Origin: Prorocentrum cordatum
Taxonomy: Eukaryota
Assembly (NCBI GenBank): GCA_963575745.1
Contig: CAUYUJ010000158.1
Coordinates: forward strand, 62,001 to 117,433
DNA: 55,433 nucleotides
Direction of reading: 5' to 3'
The notes under the pieces were generated by a model that worked only from the letters and a program-made list of their open reading frames with translations, was not told where the DNA came from and searched no databases. Below, one piece after another: positions 53,448 through 55,433 of the stretch (positions are counted from its first letter, which is position 1; every line of letters begins with the position of its first letter). The translations under genes were made by a program, and so were the position numbers.

Positions 53448-55433
53448 GACCAGTGTAAACCCAAGAGGCATCAACGAGGTTGTAAGCAGTCCTCCCTCCA
53501 AGCTCCCTCCTTCATAGGCCCCTGCAACGGTTCATTTCCATTGAAGGAACTGCCTCTTTGGAAGGCTACCTTTTTACGACCCTGGAGCATGCCAAACCAT
53601 GGTTCTCGGGATTCCAGCGCCACGGATCAACCTGTCTGTTGCGTCTTGACAATCCTGAAACGTCCCAGAACGCAATTCTTGGGACTTTGACACAACGGAT
53701 CAACATGCCTGTTTCACCAACATTGATCCTGAATCCCTTCAAAACGCCACTACTGGCACGTTGGTGATGCAACTCCGTGGGACACTTGTAATGTGTTGGA
53801 ACGAATGTGCGCCGCACTAAAACGAGAACTACACTTTGAACACGAACCGCCCCAAACCCGTGACAACAATTTGTTTAAAACGAAAGAACCACATTTTGAA
53901 AATAAACCGCCCTCCATCCGTGCACCTCGTGCATTTTTCAAAATAAAGAAACACCGCTCTAACGCGAGCACCACATGTTGAAACGAAACCGCCCTCAATC
54001 CTCGAACCGCTGGCATTTTTTTTGAATAGTTATGCGTAGCGCTAAAGCGAGAACCACATTTTGAAACCAACCCGCCCTCAACCCGTGAAACCCTTGCACA
54101 TGTTAAGAACGAAGGTGCGCCGCGCGAATGCGAGAGCCACATCTTGAAAACGACCCACCCTCCATATGTGAAGCTGCTGCCACATTGTAAGCTTCAGAAA
54201 CATAGATGGTGAGGAATTCCCAGGCGAGGCGATCGGACTGCCTAAAAACTGGTTTCGGGGTGCCACAGGGAGAAATTATCTATACGGAACAGGAATGGAG
54301 GATGAGGAGGGGGAGGAGGAGGAGGATGCTGATGATGATGAGGATGAGGTGGAATCGGAGGCGGAGGAGGAGGAGGAGGAGGAGGAGGAGGAGGAGGGGG
54401 GTGAGGCGGATGAGGAGGAGAAGACCGAAGACGATGAGGAGGAGACGGATACGGATAAGGATGACGAGAAGGCGGAGGATGCGGATGGTGAGGAGGAGGA
54501 GGAGGATGGGGATGAGGAAGATGACGATGCGACAGAGGCGAAGTTGGGGCGGATGGCGATGAGGAGGCGGATGAGGAGGATAAGGCCGAGGAGGATGCGG
54601 CGGATGATGATGCTGAAGACGAGAGACGAGGAGCATGGAGCTGATGAGGAGGCGGCGGGGGAGGAGGAGGATGAGGAGGAGTATGAGTAGGAGGAAGAGG
54701 AGGCGGCGGAGGAGGAAGATGAGGAGGAGGATGAGGACGATGAGAAGGAAAATGCTAAGCATGAAGAGGATGAGGAGGAGGAGAAGGAGGATGAGACGGA
54801 GGCTGAGCAACAGGAGGATGATGATGATGATGAGGAGGCGGAGGAGGAGGATGAGGATGAGACGGAGGGGGGGGGGGGATGAGGAGGATGAGGAGGATAA
54901 TGATGATGAGGAGTAGGAGGAGGACAAGAAGGAGGATGGGGAGGATGATGATGAGGAGGATGGGAATGACGAAGGAGGAGGGCGAGGAGGAGGAGGAGTT
55001 GGATCAGAAGGAATGTGATCATGTTGAGGATGAGGCGGATGAGAACGCGAGGACGAGGAGGAAGAGGAGGATAAGGCGGATGCGAAGGAGGATGATGAGG
55101 AGGGGGAAGGATGAGGACGATGATGAAGATGTGGAAGAGGATGCTGCCGAGGAGTAGGACGATGACGAGGATGAGGAGGAGGAGGAGACGACTGAAGATG
55201 ATGAGGCGGAGGAGGAGGAAGAGGATCAGGAGGAGGGGAGGGGGGGAAGGTTGGTTGTGGTGCGGAGGAGGATGAGGATGTGGAGAAGAAGGATGATGAC
55301 GATGAGGAGGATAACGATGAGTAGGATGAGGCTGAGTAGGAGGAGGAAGGGGGATGAGGAGGAGGAGGAGGCGGAGGGGGAGGCGGAGGAGGAGTAGGAG
55401 GAGTAGGAAGAGGGGGAGGAGAAGGAGGTGGGG

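Noticed and set aside
51166..55157. Long poly-E/R/G/S/P/L ORFs (also 40555-42081, 2773-5287 and 38382-39488)
   Set aside because: Products of GGA, GAC and GAT microsatellites; open in several frames with no domain content.

Overview
Eukaryotic, repeat-rich, GC-rich DNA, almost certainly from a dinoflagellate. It carries DinoSL spliced-leader relics, GC-AG introns and host genes all on the minus strand; a Prorocentrum-like source is my inference. Most ORFs in the track are microsatellite artefacts. Supportable content: (1) a spliced proteasome ubiquitin receptor Rpn13/ADRM1 gene (minus strand, about 321-6357, continuing off the left edge). (2) A decayed non-LTR retrotransposon (ORF1, APE endonuclease, RT, zinc finger, RNase H; minus strand, about 10469-18969) that begins with a 21/22 DinoSL copy and is flanked on both sides by (TCC)n. 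(3) A non-autonomous, Helentron/HINE-like rolling-circle candidate with asymmetric inverted repeats, T-run insertion, a 16-bp satellite and head-to-tail arrays. One copy splits the retrotransposon and carries an unknown Cys-rich ORF; further copies lie at 25.5-30 kb. (4) An exon encoding a TUTase/PAP-associated motif followed by a KH domain (minus strand, about 48-49.3 kb). (5) Several minisatellites, MITE-like elements, dispersed repeats and one 100-N gap. All protein calls come from motif recognition by eye; no searches were run.
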